Source: Candidatus Latescibacterota bacterium (GTDB lineage: Bacteria > Latescibacterota > UBA2968 > GCA-2709665). From it: 64,000 bases of DNA. The position numbers and the translations under genes were made by a program. Positions within the stretch are counted from its first letter, which is position 1. Each line of letters opens with the position of its first letter. Shown piece after piece: positions 48,491-58,366 of the stretch. Location of the stretch: NCBI GenBank assembly GCA_965205485.1, contig OZ242180.1:4608001-4672000 (forward strand), given 5' to 3'. The notes beneath the pieces were generated by a model. That model was given only the letters and a program-made list of their open reading frames with translations. It was not told where the DNA came from and did not search any database.

Positions 48491-50857
48491 TCAACCGCCT
48501 CCGTCGTCAGGCTCCGGTTCTGCCATCTCCTCCGACGCCGACTTCATTCTCCAGCGAATGCGAAACTGCTCCCGGTCGATGTCCCCCTGCTCGAGCGGCA
48601 CGGTTACCACTGACCGAAGGTCCGCGCGGACCTCTTCATGACTCAGGCGGATGCGTTTCAGTTCTCCGGTCGCCTGCATCGCCGCCTGATCGTGATAGTT
48701 GTCCGATTCGGGATGCTCACTGTTGCCAAAGGACTGAAGGCTCCACGACCGGAGCGTATCCGCCAGCTCTACAACCATCGTATAGGCCGATCCGCCGTCG
48801 ACGCGGAACAGGCCGTCCTCACCCGGCGCCGACCACGTTGTATGCAACGCCTGCGTGCCGGGTCCCGAACCGCCCACCGGGAACCGTCGTTCGCCCCGCT
48901 GAATCACGTGCACTTCGCCCCAGGGTACGTCCAGCCGGCCGTAGGTCGCCATCATATGCTCAACCGTCATTCTCAATGCGTCAAGCGCCAGTTTCTCCAA
49001 TACGGGAAGACGATCCAGCTGCTCCGGCGACAGTCCTGAACCGAGCAGGGAAAATCTCCCTTTCCATTCCGTGAACAACAATGTTGCTCGGCTGTCGACC
49101 GTCGCCCGGTTGTCCCAGCCACGCAGAAGTTCCACGGCAAAGGCCAGTTGCCTTTCCGGGTCGTAGATTTCCCACCACGTTCGATTATACGCCCTGAGAA
49201 CAACGCCCTTCAGTTCCTCCGCCGCGATCAGGTACGGATCTCTGGCCAATGCCTTCAACTGGCGCAACGTTGCTTTCCCGTTGGCCGACACCCAGGTCAG
49301 GAGTCGCTGGCCGCGGTCGTCCAGCCCGCCCCAGCCCATAAATGGTGGAAAGTCCGTCGGCCTGAGCTCGCTGTCATAGGTGACAAAGTGGGGCGCGACA
49401 TTGCAGTTCTGCAGGAAGTCCGCCCGCGGATTCATGATTCGCGGGAGCCGTTCGTACCCCAGATTGCCGCGCCACTCCGTATCCGGTACCCAACCCGGGA
49501 CCGGACTCCGCCAGTCGAACTCCTCGGCCCGGACCGGGCTGCGCGCGCTGTACACATACAACATCCGTCCGTCCACGTCCCCATAGAGGACGTGGAACAT
49601 GGGTAGCTGAAGCTTCCGTAGCGCGCCCTCGAATGCATCCGGGTCGCGGGCCCGATTGATCGCATAGAACTGCCCGATGGCATTGACGACCTCTTCAGCG
49701 CTGCACCGGCCCGCGTACGCCCGATCGTCACCGGCCTTGTAGATCGGGCCGTGATGGGAATACAGCAACTCGCGCTCAACCTCACGGATGCCCTGAGGGT
49801 CCCTGACCCGGATCTGCACCCGCCGGGACGACATGCGCCTCTTTTCCTTCTCGAACACATACCGCCTCCGGTTCGCCCGATCCAGTTTCAGTTCGTACAG
49901 ATCGAAGACATCCGCCTCATTCGCCGCCAGCGACCACGCCATCCGCCGGTTGTGGCCGGCCAGAATGACCGGAATGCCGAACAGGGTCACCCCGGCCACG
50001 TTCAATCCCTCGCGGCTGACAAGGTGCGCCTCGTACGGTTGAAAGGGCGCCCGCCACGGCAGGTGCAGATCCATCCCGAAAACAGGATTTCGGGCGGCGG
50101 TCCGCGACCCTCCCAGCACCCACACATTCGACGTGGGGCGGGCACGCAGCAACGGAGTCAGCCCTTTCTCCTGCAGTTCGGGCAACCCGGCGCGTTCCGC
50201 AAACAACATGACCAGCCACCGGGACAGCGCCACGACGTCCGTACCGCCGATAGGGACGACCCAGTCCGGCAACGCCTCCCGGTAGACATCGATATAGTGG
50301 TTGACGCCGTCGGCAAATGCGCCGATCAGATCCCGGGTTTCGGGCGGAAGCGCGCCGAATCGCGCGACGGCGACGGTCCGGATTCGCCAGAGCAGTGCCC
50401 GTTCGTCGCTCTCCACGTGGCCGGCGCCGAGCACTTCCGATGCTGTTCCCGCCGCCGCCCGGTAGTTCAGCAACATGGGTATCAGGTGGTCCTGGGCCTG
50501 CGCGTAGCCGAATCCGAACGCGACGTCGACGTCCCGCTCGCCGTATATGTGAGGCACGCCGAAGCGGTCCCTCAGAATCCGGACGCTGCCTTCCGGCGGG
50601 GCGAACAGCAGTTCGCCATACCGCTCCAGCAGCGATTCCAGCGGGACCTCAGCGAGGAGAATTCTCGCGCTGTCCTGGAAAGTGGACGGCGCCGCCGCAT
50701 CCGCGCCGCCGACCCGCACGGCGCAGACGAGCATGACGCCTGCGACAACCCGAATCCACGACGTTAAGAGGCTGCTTACGATAAACCCGCAAGCGCCCTT
50801 CTCGCCCGGGCACGGGAGCCGTTCACGTTCGGGTGAGGACATGTTTCCTGATCGCAT
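48491..50857 (-). CDS. Penicillin acylase family Ntn hydrolase (S45)
   Basis: ILRDRFGVPHIYG, GFGYAQAQD, beta-chain start SNVWVL and HGPI. Probable signal peptide; start is uncertain. Confidence 0.9.
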   Translation of the reverse strand: MRSGNMSSPERERLPCPGEKGACGFIVSSLLTSWIRVVAGVMLVCAVRVGGADAAAPSTFQDSARILLAEVPLESLLERYGELLFAPPEGSVRILRDRFGVPHIYGERDVDVAFGFGYAQAQDHLIPMLLNYRAAAGTASEVLGAGHVESDERALLWRIRTVAVARFGALPPETRDLIGAFADGVNHYIDVYREALPDWVVPIGGTDVVALSRWLVMLFAERAGLPELQEKGLTPLLRARPTSNVWVLGGSRTAARNPVFGMDLHLPWRAPFQPYEAHLVSREGLNVAGVTLFGIPVILAGHNRRMAWSLAANEADVFDLYELKLDRANRRRYVFEKEKRRMSSRRVQIRVRDPQGIREVERELLYSHHGPIYKAGDDRAYAGRCSAEEVVNAIGQFYAINRARDPDAFEGALRKLQLPMFHVLYGDVDGRMLYVYSARSPVRAEEFDWRSPVPGWVPDTEWRGNLGYERLPRIMNPRADFLQNCNVAPHFVTYDSELRPTDFPPFMGWGGLDDRGQRLLTWVSANGKATLRQLKALARDPYLIAAEELKGVVLRAYNRTWWEIYDPERQLAFAVELLRGWDNRATVDSRATLLFTEWKGRFSLLGSGLSPEQLDRLPVLEKLALDALRMTVEHMMATYGRLDVPWGEVHVIQRGERRFPVGGSGPGTQALHTTWSAPGEDGLFRVDGGSAYTMVVELADTLRSWSLQSFGNSEHPESDNYHDQAAMQATGELKRIRLSHEEVRADLRSVVTVPLEQGDIDREQFRIRWRMKSASEEMAEPEPDDGGG

Positions 50858-50871
50858 ACCTGGACTGTCGG

Positions 50872-52488
50872 CTAATTGAAAAGCCCTCGCCGCAACACCC
50901 TGCCGCCTCTCGCTCCCGTTGTCCTGCCGTCGTCAATCGCGGCGACGCCGTTGACGAAAAGCCAGCGGACCCCATCCGAATAGAGGCAGGGATTCTGAAT
51001 TGTCGCCCGGTCCAGCATCCCGTCGGGATCGAACAGGACCAGGTCCGCCTTTTTTCCTTCCTGAACCAGACCCCGGTCCGTAAACCCCATCCGTTCGGCC
51101 GGGAATCGCGTCAGCTTCTGCACAAGGGACTCAAGGGTCAGCGCCCCCCGTTCACGTACCAGCGTCCGGATCAGATACGCCATGCCTCCGTAACATCGGG
51201 GATGTTCCCTTTCGTCCGCCAGCGGACCGGTATTGGCCATCGCCAGTCCATCCGAACCCACACCGCAATATTTCCCCTGCGCGAGACAGTCGATGTCCCC
51301 GTCGGTCTTGTCCTCGCCGTAAAAACTGGCGGCGCCGTCCTCCTCGATCAGAACGTCGCAGATTGCCTCAAACGGGTGCGTGTTCCGCATGCGACCGATT
51401 TCAGCAAAGGTCCGTCCCGTGAGCGATGCGTTCACCGCGCAGTTTCCCAGCCAGAGTTTGTTCCAGAGTCCGCGCTGCATGAGGACCGTCTTCGTGCTCC
51501 CACCGAGTTCCGATCCGCTTTCCTGTATCTGCCGCCACATCCGACGCCGCTCTCGGGCTTCCTTCAATCGTTGCACCATCATCCGGTTTCCGCCCTCCAG
51601 CGCCCACGGCGGCAGGAGAGACTTGAGCGACGTGGACCCGGTCGCATAGAACTCCGTCTCCGCCGTGACGTCCTGCCCTTCCGCCTGTGCGCGTTCGATC
51701 CGTTCCAGCAGACGGGCCGCCGAGCCCGTAGCCGGCGGACAGGGCGTGATGTGAGAGGCGTGAACCGGAACGCCCGCTTCCTTTCCAATCAGGATCGCCT
51801 CCTCCAATGCATCCATTATGGACGCCGTATAGTTGCGCATGTGCGTCGCGTATATTCCACCGTACGGGGCGGTAACAGCCGTCAGCTCGATGATTTCGTC
51901 TGTCTTCGCGCTGCTGCCCGGCATGTAGGTCAGTCCGGTGGACAGACCCAGCGCGCCCTCGGCCATCTGGGCATCCACCAGGGCCTTCATTCCCTCCATC
52001 TCATGCCGTGCGGGCGACTGGGTGGATTGCCCCATCACCGTGTGCCTGACCGCGCCATGGCCCACAAAAAACGCGGCATTGATGGCCACGCCCTGCCGCT
52101 CCAGCACGTTGAAATACCCTGCTGCGGAAGCCCAATCCACTGCGACTTCAGACCGCAATCGAGCCGAGTCGAACGGGCCGAAATAGAACCCGTTTCCCGC
52201 CACCGGAAATGCCGATATGCCGCAGTTCCCGCACACGTGGGTCGCCACGCCCTGAAAGAGTGCGCTCTCGCCGCGCCCGTCGATTAACAGGCTGTAGTCT
52301 GAGTGGGTATGGATGTCGATGAATCCCGGCGCCGCCGTCAACCCTGCGGCGTCGATCTCGACCCTGGACGGGCCCGGGACATCCCCTACGGCTGCGATGC
52401 TGTTCCCTTCAATGCCCACGTCGCCGGTAAAAGCGTCCGCGCCGGTTCCATCGACGACACTGGCATTTCGGATCAGTACGTCAAGCAT
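50872..52488 (-). CDS. N-acyl-D-amino-acid deacylase (D-aminoacylase family)
   Basis: APGFIDIHTHSD, GNCG, GLSTGL.Y.PG, HMR, GSDG and HPRxYG. Confidence 0.92.
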   Translation of the reverse strand: MLDVLIRNASVVDGTGADAFTGDVGIEGNSIAAVGDVPGPSRVEIDAAGLTAAPGFIDIHTHSDYSLLIDGRGESALFQGVATHVCGNCGISAFPVAGNGFYFGPFDSARLRSEVAVDWASAAGYFNVLERQGVAINAAFFVGHGAVRHTVMGQSTQSPARHEMEGMKALVDAQMAEGALGLSTGLTYMPGSSAKTDEIIELTAVTAPYGGIYATHMRNYTASIMDALEEAILIGKEAGVPVHASHITPCPPATGSAARLLERIERAQAEGQDVTAETEFYATGSTSLKSLLPPWALEGGNRMMVQRLKEARERRRMWRQIQESGSELGGSTKTVLMQRGLWNKLWLGNCAVNASLTGRTFAEIGRMRNTHPFEAICDVLIEEDGAASFYGEDKTDGDIDCLAQGKYCGVGSDGLAMANTGPLADEREHPRCYGGMAYLIRTLVRERGALTLESLVQKLTRFPAERMGFTDRGLVQEGKKADLVLFDPDGMLDRATIQNPCLYSDGVRWLFVNGVAAIDDGRTTGARGGRVLRRGLFN

Positions 52489-52581
52489 TGTCGGGACGTT
52501 TCCGGACTACGTTTGAACGGCGGTTCCGGCAGCCGGCAGCCGCCGGGCCGGATGCGTGGTCGGTGGATCCCCGGCCCTCGT

Positions 52582-53703
52582 TCAAAAGGGGTCTCCCACG
52601 CGCCACCGATGTTTCTCAACCCCCTCCATGTTCAGTTCCACCCCCAGGCCCGGTCCCTGGGGCAGCACCAGACTGCCCTCTTCGATCTTCAGCGGTTCGA
52701 CCAGAATCTCGTCCCGCCATTCGATCCCGGTGACAAACTCCATCGGCGCCTCGTTGGGGATGGAAGCCAGCAGATGGGCTGCCGCCAGGATACCCACCGG
52801 CCCCTTGGTATTGTGAAAGGAAATCGGTACGTGATAGGTATCCGCAATCGCCGCGATCTTCTTCACCTCCGTGATCCCGCCCGCGTAGATGAGGTCCGGT
52901 TGCGCGATATCGATGCCGTCCAGTTCCAGCAGCTGCCGGTACTGTGTCTTGGTGTTCAGCCGTTCGCTGCCCATGATCGGAATGGAAGTCTGGCTTCTCA
53001 CTTTCGGATATGCGGAGAGGTCTTCGGGAGGAACCGGGTCCTCGAAGCAGAACAGATCATAGGGCTCCAGCGCGCGCGCCAGCCGTACGGCCCCGCCAAC
53101 CGTAAACCGCCCGTGGCAGTCGACCAAAAGGTCGACGTCCGGCCCTACCGCTTCCCTGGCGGCAGCGAAACATTCCGCTGTTTCGTCCGGTGCGCCGTCG
53201 TCCAGGTAGAACTCGAACGGGCGCCCGGTATTCGATCGCGCGCCGGTCTTCAGCGCCCGGTATCCCCGGTCCGCCCAGAACCTGGCGCTCTTTGACGACG
53301 CTTCGGGCGTTGCGCCGCTGAAATGGGTATAAACACGCACCCTGTCACGGAATTTTCCGCCCAGCAACTCCACCAGCGGGAGGTTGGCCGCCTTCCCCTT
53401 CAGGTCCCACAGCGCCTGGTCGATTCCGCTCAGGGCGCTCATCCAGACCGGACCCACCATCCGCCAGATACCGCTGATCGACGAAATCCGGTAGATCTTG
53501 TGCCAAAGGTACTCGATCCTCGACGCATCTTCCCCCACGAGTTCCCGCTTCATATGTTCGAGGGCGGAAACCACCACCGGCTCTTTCTGAGAGTAGGTTG
53601 CCTCTCCCAGTCCAACCGGCCCTTCGTCCGTATGCACCCGTACGATCGTCCACTTCCGGCCGGGCGAGTTGATCAGGATCGAGTCGATGTCCCGGATTTT
53701 CAT
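52582..53703 (-). CDS. Mandelate racemase/enolase-superfamily acid-sugar dehydratase (galactonate dehydratase-like)
   Basis: SGIDQALWDLKGK, VDCH, FEDP, SERL, QPD, HN and PGLG. Confidence 0.9.
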   Translation of the reverse strand: MKIRDIDSILINSPGRKWTIVRVHTDEGPVGLGEATYSQKEPVVVSALEHMKRELVGEDASRIEYLWHKIYRISSISGIWRMVGPVWMSALSGIDQALWDLKGKAANLPLVELLGGKFRDRVRVYTHFSGATPEASSKSARFWADRGYRALKTGARSNTGRPFEFYLDDGAPDETAECFAAAREAVGPDVDLLVDCHGRFTVGGAVRLARALEPYDLFCFEDPVPPEDLSAYPKVRSQTSIPIMGSERLNTKTQYRQLLELDGIDIAQPDLIYAGGITEVKKIAAIADTYHVPISFHNTKGPVGILAAAHLLASIPNEAPMEFVTGIEWRDEILVEPLKIEEGSLVLPQGPGLGVELNMEGVEKHRWRVGDPF

Positions 53704-54428
53704 GCCGGCTTCTCCAGTTGTTTGCAGGAAGCCACGAACTCGGCGGAGGTGGTTGTGAAGCCGATCAGGTGCTCGAACTGGCGGAGCATCATCCGGTTCA
53801 CCCATCCCCCCTCGGGCAGGCTGTCGTCCAGGGTATCCGGAAACTCGATTTCGCCCGGCGGATTGGAACAGTCACGCAGGAGGATCACACGATAATTGTG
53901 ACCCATCGCCTCCGCGCACGTGTAGTGCAGGCACGCCCGGCGGCTGTAACCCACCACGAACAGATTCTCGATGCCCCAGGAACGCAGCCTCTGATCGAGA
54001 AACGTATCGCGAAATCCGCTCCACATCCACTTGGGAAAATTCGGCTCGCCCGGGCGAGGCGCGACGCAATCCACGTAGACCGGCTCATAGTCCGGCCTTT
54101 TCGTCCAACTCTCCATCAAGTCGCCGTTGGGCACTTTGGTTCTGCTCCAGAACTGGCCCGCAATACACCCCGGGTCCGCCACCAGCCTCAGGTCGTTGTG
54201 GACGTACGCCACTTTCATTTTCACGGCCCTGGCCGCTTCCAGAGCCGGCCCGATATAGTGCTGCGTTGTCGGATGGGGCATTTTTTCGCCTTTGTACGAA
54301 TAGCTTCCATCCACGTCCACAAGCAGGAAACAACTGCGTTCAAGCGGCAACGTGAGGTCCTCGTACCCGTAATCGTAGCCGCCGGGATAGTCCTTGTAAA
54401 AACGTACCGGCACCTCGATGTTCGCCAT
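53700..54428 (-). CDS. Isochorismatase-family cysteine hydrolase
   Basis: Asp-Lys-Cys triad in LLVDVD, PKWMWSGF and ACL; GGAGG RBS. Confidence 0.85.
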   Translation of the reverse strand: MANIEVPVRFYKDYPGGYDYGYEDLTLPLERSCFLLVDVDGSYSYKGEKMPHPTTQHYIGPALEAARAVKMKVAYVHNDLRLVADPGCIAGQFWSRTKVPNGDLMESWTKRPDYEPVYVDCVAPRPGEPNFPKWMWSGFRDTFLDQRLRSWGIENLFVVGYSRRACLHYTCAEAMGHNYRVILLRDCSNPPGEIEFPDTLDDSLPEGGWVNRMMLRQFEHLIGFTTTSAEFVASCKQLEKPA

Positions 54429-54555
54429 GGGAGACACCTCCTCCGTGTTATCGTACGTTCCGCAGGGATCTGAAAGAAAGCATGCCTGCTGGTTATGCGC
54501 CTTGCCCTGCCGGTCCGGCGGGGAACGAAGGCCCGGCCGCCGTGTTCGGCTGACG

Positions 54556-57093
54556 TCAGTTTAAAACAACCCGAAGGGTCTTGATTTCGAAGGGGGCGAA
54601 CCCGATGGCGTCGCCTCCCAGATCCCGAACGCGTCGTTCCATCAGGTCCGTTTCCTGCACCGCGACGATGCTGCGGCAGGCGACCAGCCGGGCTTCAATG
54701 GCGTTACCGGCGGTTTCGAATGCGCGCAAAATCAGTCCTTCGCCGTTCTCTGCCCGTTTGATCGCCGTACATACAATCCCGGGGCCGTCGAGGCTGATGA
54801 ACTGCATTCGATCCGGCAATGACTTCTCCGAAACCAGGTCGTATACAACCCGGCCGTGGAGCCCCAGGCGCAGGTTCCAGCCGTCCCGGAAGGCGTTTCC
54901 CCGTGCGAAATCGCCCTGATATCCTCGGATGGTGTACCGGGACGTTACCACGTCCTCAAACGAACGCCATATGACGTTGTAGGAATACGACGCCGGATCG
55001 AGTCCGGAATGCAGGACCTCTCCGCGCACTTCTCCGGCGCCGAACTGAAATGCCTTCCGGTCCGACGCGAGTACGAATCCGCTGTCGGGGCCGTCCACTG
55101 CCACCCAACCCTGGCAGATCCGCCGGGAATCACCCTCGTCCGGGCCGCGCTCCAGCTTCTGATGTCCGTACGGCGTTCCATACCTGATCGAGCCGCCGGC
55201 AACCGGAAAGACCATCTGCACCCGTACCGGTTTCGGATCGCGCCACTCGAGCCGGAGGTCCACGTCCACCCAGTCCAACGCACCGTACAGGCGGTACCTG
55301 ATCTCACACGGAGACGATAACAGTCTCCCGGCCACAAGCAACGTCGCCCGCACTTCGCCACTTTCCTCGAGATCCACCCGGTCCACTGCCATCTCGAACC
55401 GGCGGCCGGTGGTGGCGGAACCGTCGGTCAGCGCTTGTTCCGTTCCAATGAGATGAATGCCGTCAACCAGCGGGACCCCCGCGTTTGCACCTGACACGCG
55501 TACCCGTCCGGTGATTTCGTCAACCTCCAGGTCGACAGAGGCCGTCCGGAAACGGCGGCCGATCCGTACGCCGCCGTGTGCTTCGGATACACGGTCTTCG
55601 ACGTCCTCCAGAACAAAAGAGGGCTCGGGGAACTCAGGCGCCATAAGACCGGGCGCCATCGTCTCCGGCGCGTGGATGCCCACCAGCGGCTGGGCTTCCG
55701 TAACGCCCGGAACGAGATACCAGGTAGCGTATCCGTTGGCCGGAACCTGCCGCGCCACGAAGACCAGACGTACCTCGGCGGTCTCAGTCTGCCTGCCCGC
55801 GAGTTCCTGGAACGGCACTGTCCGACCGGAAGCATCGACCAGCCTGTATGTTTCATACCGGGAGAAATCGGTCCCCTCGACCGCCCCGTAAAACGTAACA
55901 TGCACTTCCACCAGGTCGGTGCGCGTCCACGAAAGCGCATTGAATACCACGATGGGCATCCTGCCTTCCGGGCCGTCGCGGGGCGTTACCCGTGCCGCTA
56001 TCACGCGTTCAGCTTCGCACGCAATACCTGCGGCTGTCGCAATGACGGCCTGCTGGTCGTTCCGCCTTTGCTCCAATCCCTCCTCCGACGCGGCGCCGTC
56101 GTAACGGTACGAGGTCGACTCCAATTGCCGCAACCACGCGGCTTCGAGGACGGCGCCAGGATAGGTGAACGCAGCCAGCGTCGCCGCCATCGCCGACATC
56201 TGCTCCGCACGTGACAGCCCGTAAACGGCCGGGTCGTTCAGGGGCGCGGTTCCCGGGAACACCGGCTCCAGATGGGAACCACCGGGCGGATTCGCTTCGC
56301 CGACCTCCCGGAGTTCGTCTTCGGGCCGTGACCGCGGGATCACGTCCGAAGGCGTCCCAAGTTCAACATGGACGTTTTCGTCCTCCGCCCATTCGAGCAA
56401 TTCCTTCAGGGTCGTTTCAGAGGGCTGAACCATCGGCCCTCCCCAATGCAGCGGCAACCGCCCCCCGTGCGCCTCGCATTGACGTTCTATCTCCGCTCTG
56501 GGGGCCCGCCTGGACTGCGGCGTTCCGCGAACGGCTTCCCAGAGCAACCGGCTGCCCCCGGTTCCGTTCCAACAGACCACCCGCGAGCCGTCCGGTCCCC
56601 GCCAGCGGAACAGAACGGGCTGCTTCCATTCGGTCCCGGTGAGTACGACGTGTCTGATCCCGCACTTGAAGGCAACCTGCACGTATTGGGAGGTCGTACC
56701 ACTCCCGTCGCCCAGATACGCAGTCGTCGGGTCCACGCCAAGCGCCTCGAGGGCGAAGGCCTTTCCGTAAAGCAGATTTCTGACCAGGTCTTCGCCGGCG
56801 GACAGCCGGTGGTCCATCTGGGTCCAGGCGGCCCCCAACTCCAGGCGTCCCTCGGAAACCACGTCGCCGACCTGCTCCGATGCCTCGGGATGGGACCTGA
56901 GAAAGGCGCTCAGATGGACCGGGTTCTCAATTGTGAAACTGAAGTCTTCCGTGGCGCCCAACACGCGCAGCGCACCGGAGATGACCTGCGCGCCGCGAGA
57001 CAGGCACGCCTCTTTGTCGCCCAATCCGAAGAGTGTGAGCCGGGAAAAAGGGACAACGTGTAATGCGTCTTTCGACATGGAGGTTTCGACCAC
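54556..57093 (-). CDS. Glycoside hydrolase family 38 (alpha-mannosidase)-like protein with degenerate metal site
   Basis: GH38 architecture: GEDLVRNLLYG, FRWRGPDGS, VVFNALSWTRT, VPANGY, IKRAENG..LILRAFE and FAPFEIKT. The N-terminal HxD is absent. Confidence 0.82.
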   Translation of the reverse strand: MVETSMSKDALHVVPFSRLTLFGLGDKEACLSRGAQVISGALRVLGATEDFSFTIENPVHLSAFLRSHPEASEQVGDVVSEGRLELGAAWTQMDHRLSAGEDLVRNLLYGKAFALEALGVDPTTAYLGDGSGTTSQYVQVAFKCGIRHVVLTGTEWKQPVLFRWRGPDGSRVVCWNGTGGSRLLWEAVRGTPQSRRAPRAEIERQCEAHGGRLPLHWGGPMVQPSETTLKELLEWAEDENVHVELGTPSDVIPRSRPEDELREVGEANPPGGSHLEPVFPGTAPLNDPAVYGLSRAEQMSAMAATLAAFTYPGAVLEAAWLRQLESTSYRYDGAASEEGLEQRRNDQQAVIATAAGIACEAERVIAARVTPRDGPEGRMPIVVFNALSWTRTDLVEVHVTFYGAVEGTDFSRYETYRLVDASGRTVPFQELAGRQTETAEVRLVFVARQVPANGYATWYLVPGVTEAQPLVGIHAPETMAPGLMAPEFPEPSFVLEDVEDRVSEAHGGVRIGRRFRTASVDLEVDEITGRVRVSGANAGVPLVDGIHLIGTEQALTDGSATTGRRFEMAVDRVDLEESGEVRATLLVAGRLLSSPCEIRYRLYGALDWVDVDLRLEWRDPKPVRVQMVFPVAGGSIRYGTPYGHQKLERGPDEGDSRRICQGWVAVDGPDSGFVLASDRKAFQFGAGEVRGEVLHSGLDPASYSYNVIWRSFEDVVTSRYTIRGYQGDFARGNAFRDGWNLRLGLHGRVVYDLVSEKSLPDRMQFISLDGPGIVCTAIKRAENGEGLILRAFETAGNAIEARLVACRSIVAVQETDLMERRVRDLGGDAIGFAPFEIKTLRVVLN

Positions 57094-57143
57094 CGGTCAG
57101 GTCGGCCGTCGTGCGTTGTCGGATCGTGACAATCAGGCGCCGT

Positions 57144-57172
57144 ATAATACGGAACGGCCGATAGCCTGTAAA
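57144..57172 (-). promoter_or_regulatory. Promoter of the GH38-like gene
   Basis: TTTACA-N17-TATTAT on the minus strand. Confidence 0.65.
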
Positions 57173-57218
57173 GCGAAATCTCCCGTTCCAAGGGCATCCG
57201 CGCACCGGATATATGCGC

Positions 57219-57247
57219 TTGACGCCGCCCGCCGGCCCGGCTATCTT
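57219..57247 (+). promoter_or_regulatory. Divergent promoter-like element with no annotated downstream gene
   Basis: TTGACG-N17-TATCTT. Confidence 0.5.
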
Positions 57248-57379
57248 GAACGCCGGAATGTCCCGACTCGCTGCGCCGGTTACGGCGCTGCCCCTTCACG
57301 GCGTTGACTTTGTGCGACTGGATTTCCGATTCAAGCTGACGGCTGAGAGCTGATCGCTGTCTTTGCTTCTTCTTGCTAC

Positions 57380-58228
57380 CTAGCCGCCCAGCTTGACCAG
57401 CGTCAGGCCCAGCACAATCGCCGCGATCCCAACGCCCTTGTGCCATCCGAATCGCTCGCCAAGAAAGAGAACACCCAGGGCGGCGCCGATGACCACCGAG
57501 AACTCTCTGACGGCGAGAATATAGCTGACCTTGCCAAGGCGCATGGCAAACAGCACGAGCAGGTACGTCACCATGGAACCCGGCCCCACCCAGAGCGCGT
57601 ATCTCTTGAGCCCGCGCCACGTCCGGACGACCGCCTGACGGTGCCGCAGGAGCACGTACGGGGACAGGAGGACGCCGGGAATCAAAAAAAGCGCAAAGAC
57701 GTAGTGAACGGGGTGAATATGCGATACGCCCTGCTTGTCCACGACGGAATAGACGGCGATCGTCGCGCCAACAAGGAGTGCGTACGCGATGGAACGGCGG
57801 TTTCTCGGCGTTCGTAAATCGGCAACGCCAAGCAGAATAATGCCAAGAAGGACAGTCGCGATTCCCATCATCCCCGGTATCGTGAGCCGTTCATCGATCA
57901 GGATCCACGCCGCCAGGGCCGTCCCCCCCACACCGGTACCCCGCGCGAGCGGATACACGACCGAAATCTCGCCCTCTTCGTACGCTTTGGCCAGCATTAG
58001 AAAATAAACCGTATGGGCCAATCCTGTCGCCGCCATAAAGGGCCACGCCGCCGCAACCGCGTCCGACTCGAGAGGGAAATAGCAGAAGGCCGGAAGGCAG
58101 AGGGCGACAGCGAACCACTTGCCCACCCATAGAACCGCCAGGCTGCCCGATGCTTTCCGAACCGCGAAATTCCAGGCGGCATGCAGGACGGTCGAGATTA
58201 ACACCAGAATGAAGGCCTGCAACGGCAC
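57380..58228 (-). CDS. EamA/DMT family transporter
   Basis: About ten TM helices, LHAAWN, SVVYPLARG, YSVVDK and VREFSVV. Confidence 0.9.
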   Translation of the reverse strand: MPLQAFILVLISTVLHAAWNFAVRKASGSLAVLWVGKWFAVALCLPAFCYFPLESDAVAAAWPFMAATGLAHTVYFLMLAKAYEEGEISVVYPLARGTGVGGTALAAWILIDERLTIPGMMGIATVLLGIILLGVADLRTPRNRRSIAYALLVGATIAVYSVVDKQGVSHIHPVHYVFALFLIPGVLLSPYVLLRHRQAVVRTWRGLKRYALWVGPGSMVTYLLVLFAMRLGKVSYILAVREFSVVIGAALGVLFLGERFGWHKGVGIAAIVLGLTLVKLGG

Positions 58229-58366
58229 GCGGTCACCTCAATTCGTCAGGTAGAATCCGGCAGATTTCGAGACGACAATTCGCACCCCGGCTGCGGCAGC
58301 TCGGACGCTTCCCGCCTCAAGTCTCCTGCGGACTTACCTCAAAACCGGAAGTAAGGAATCTTCGTT

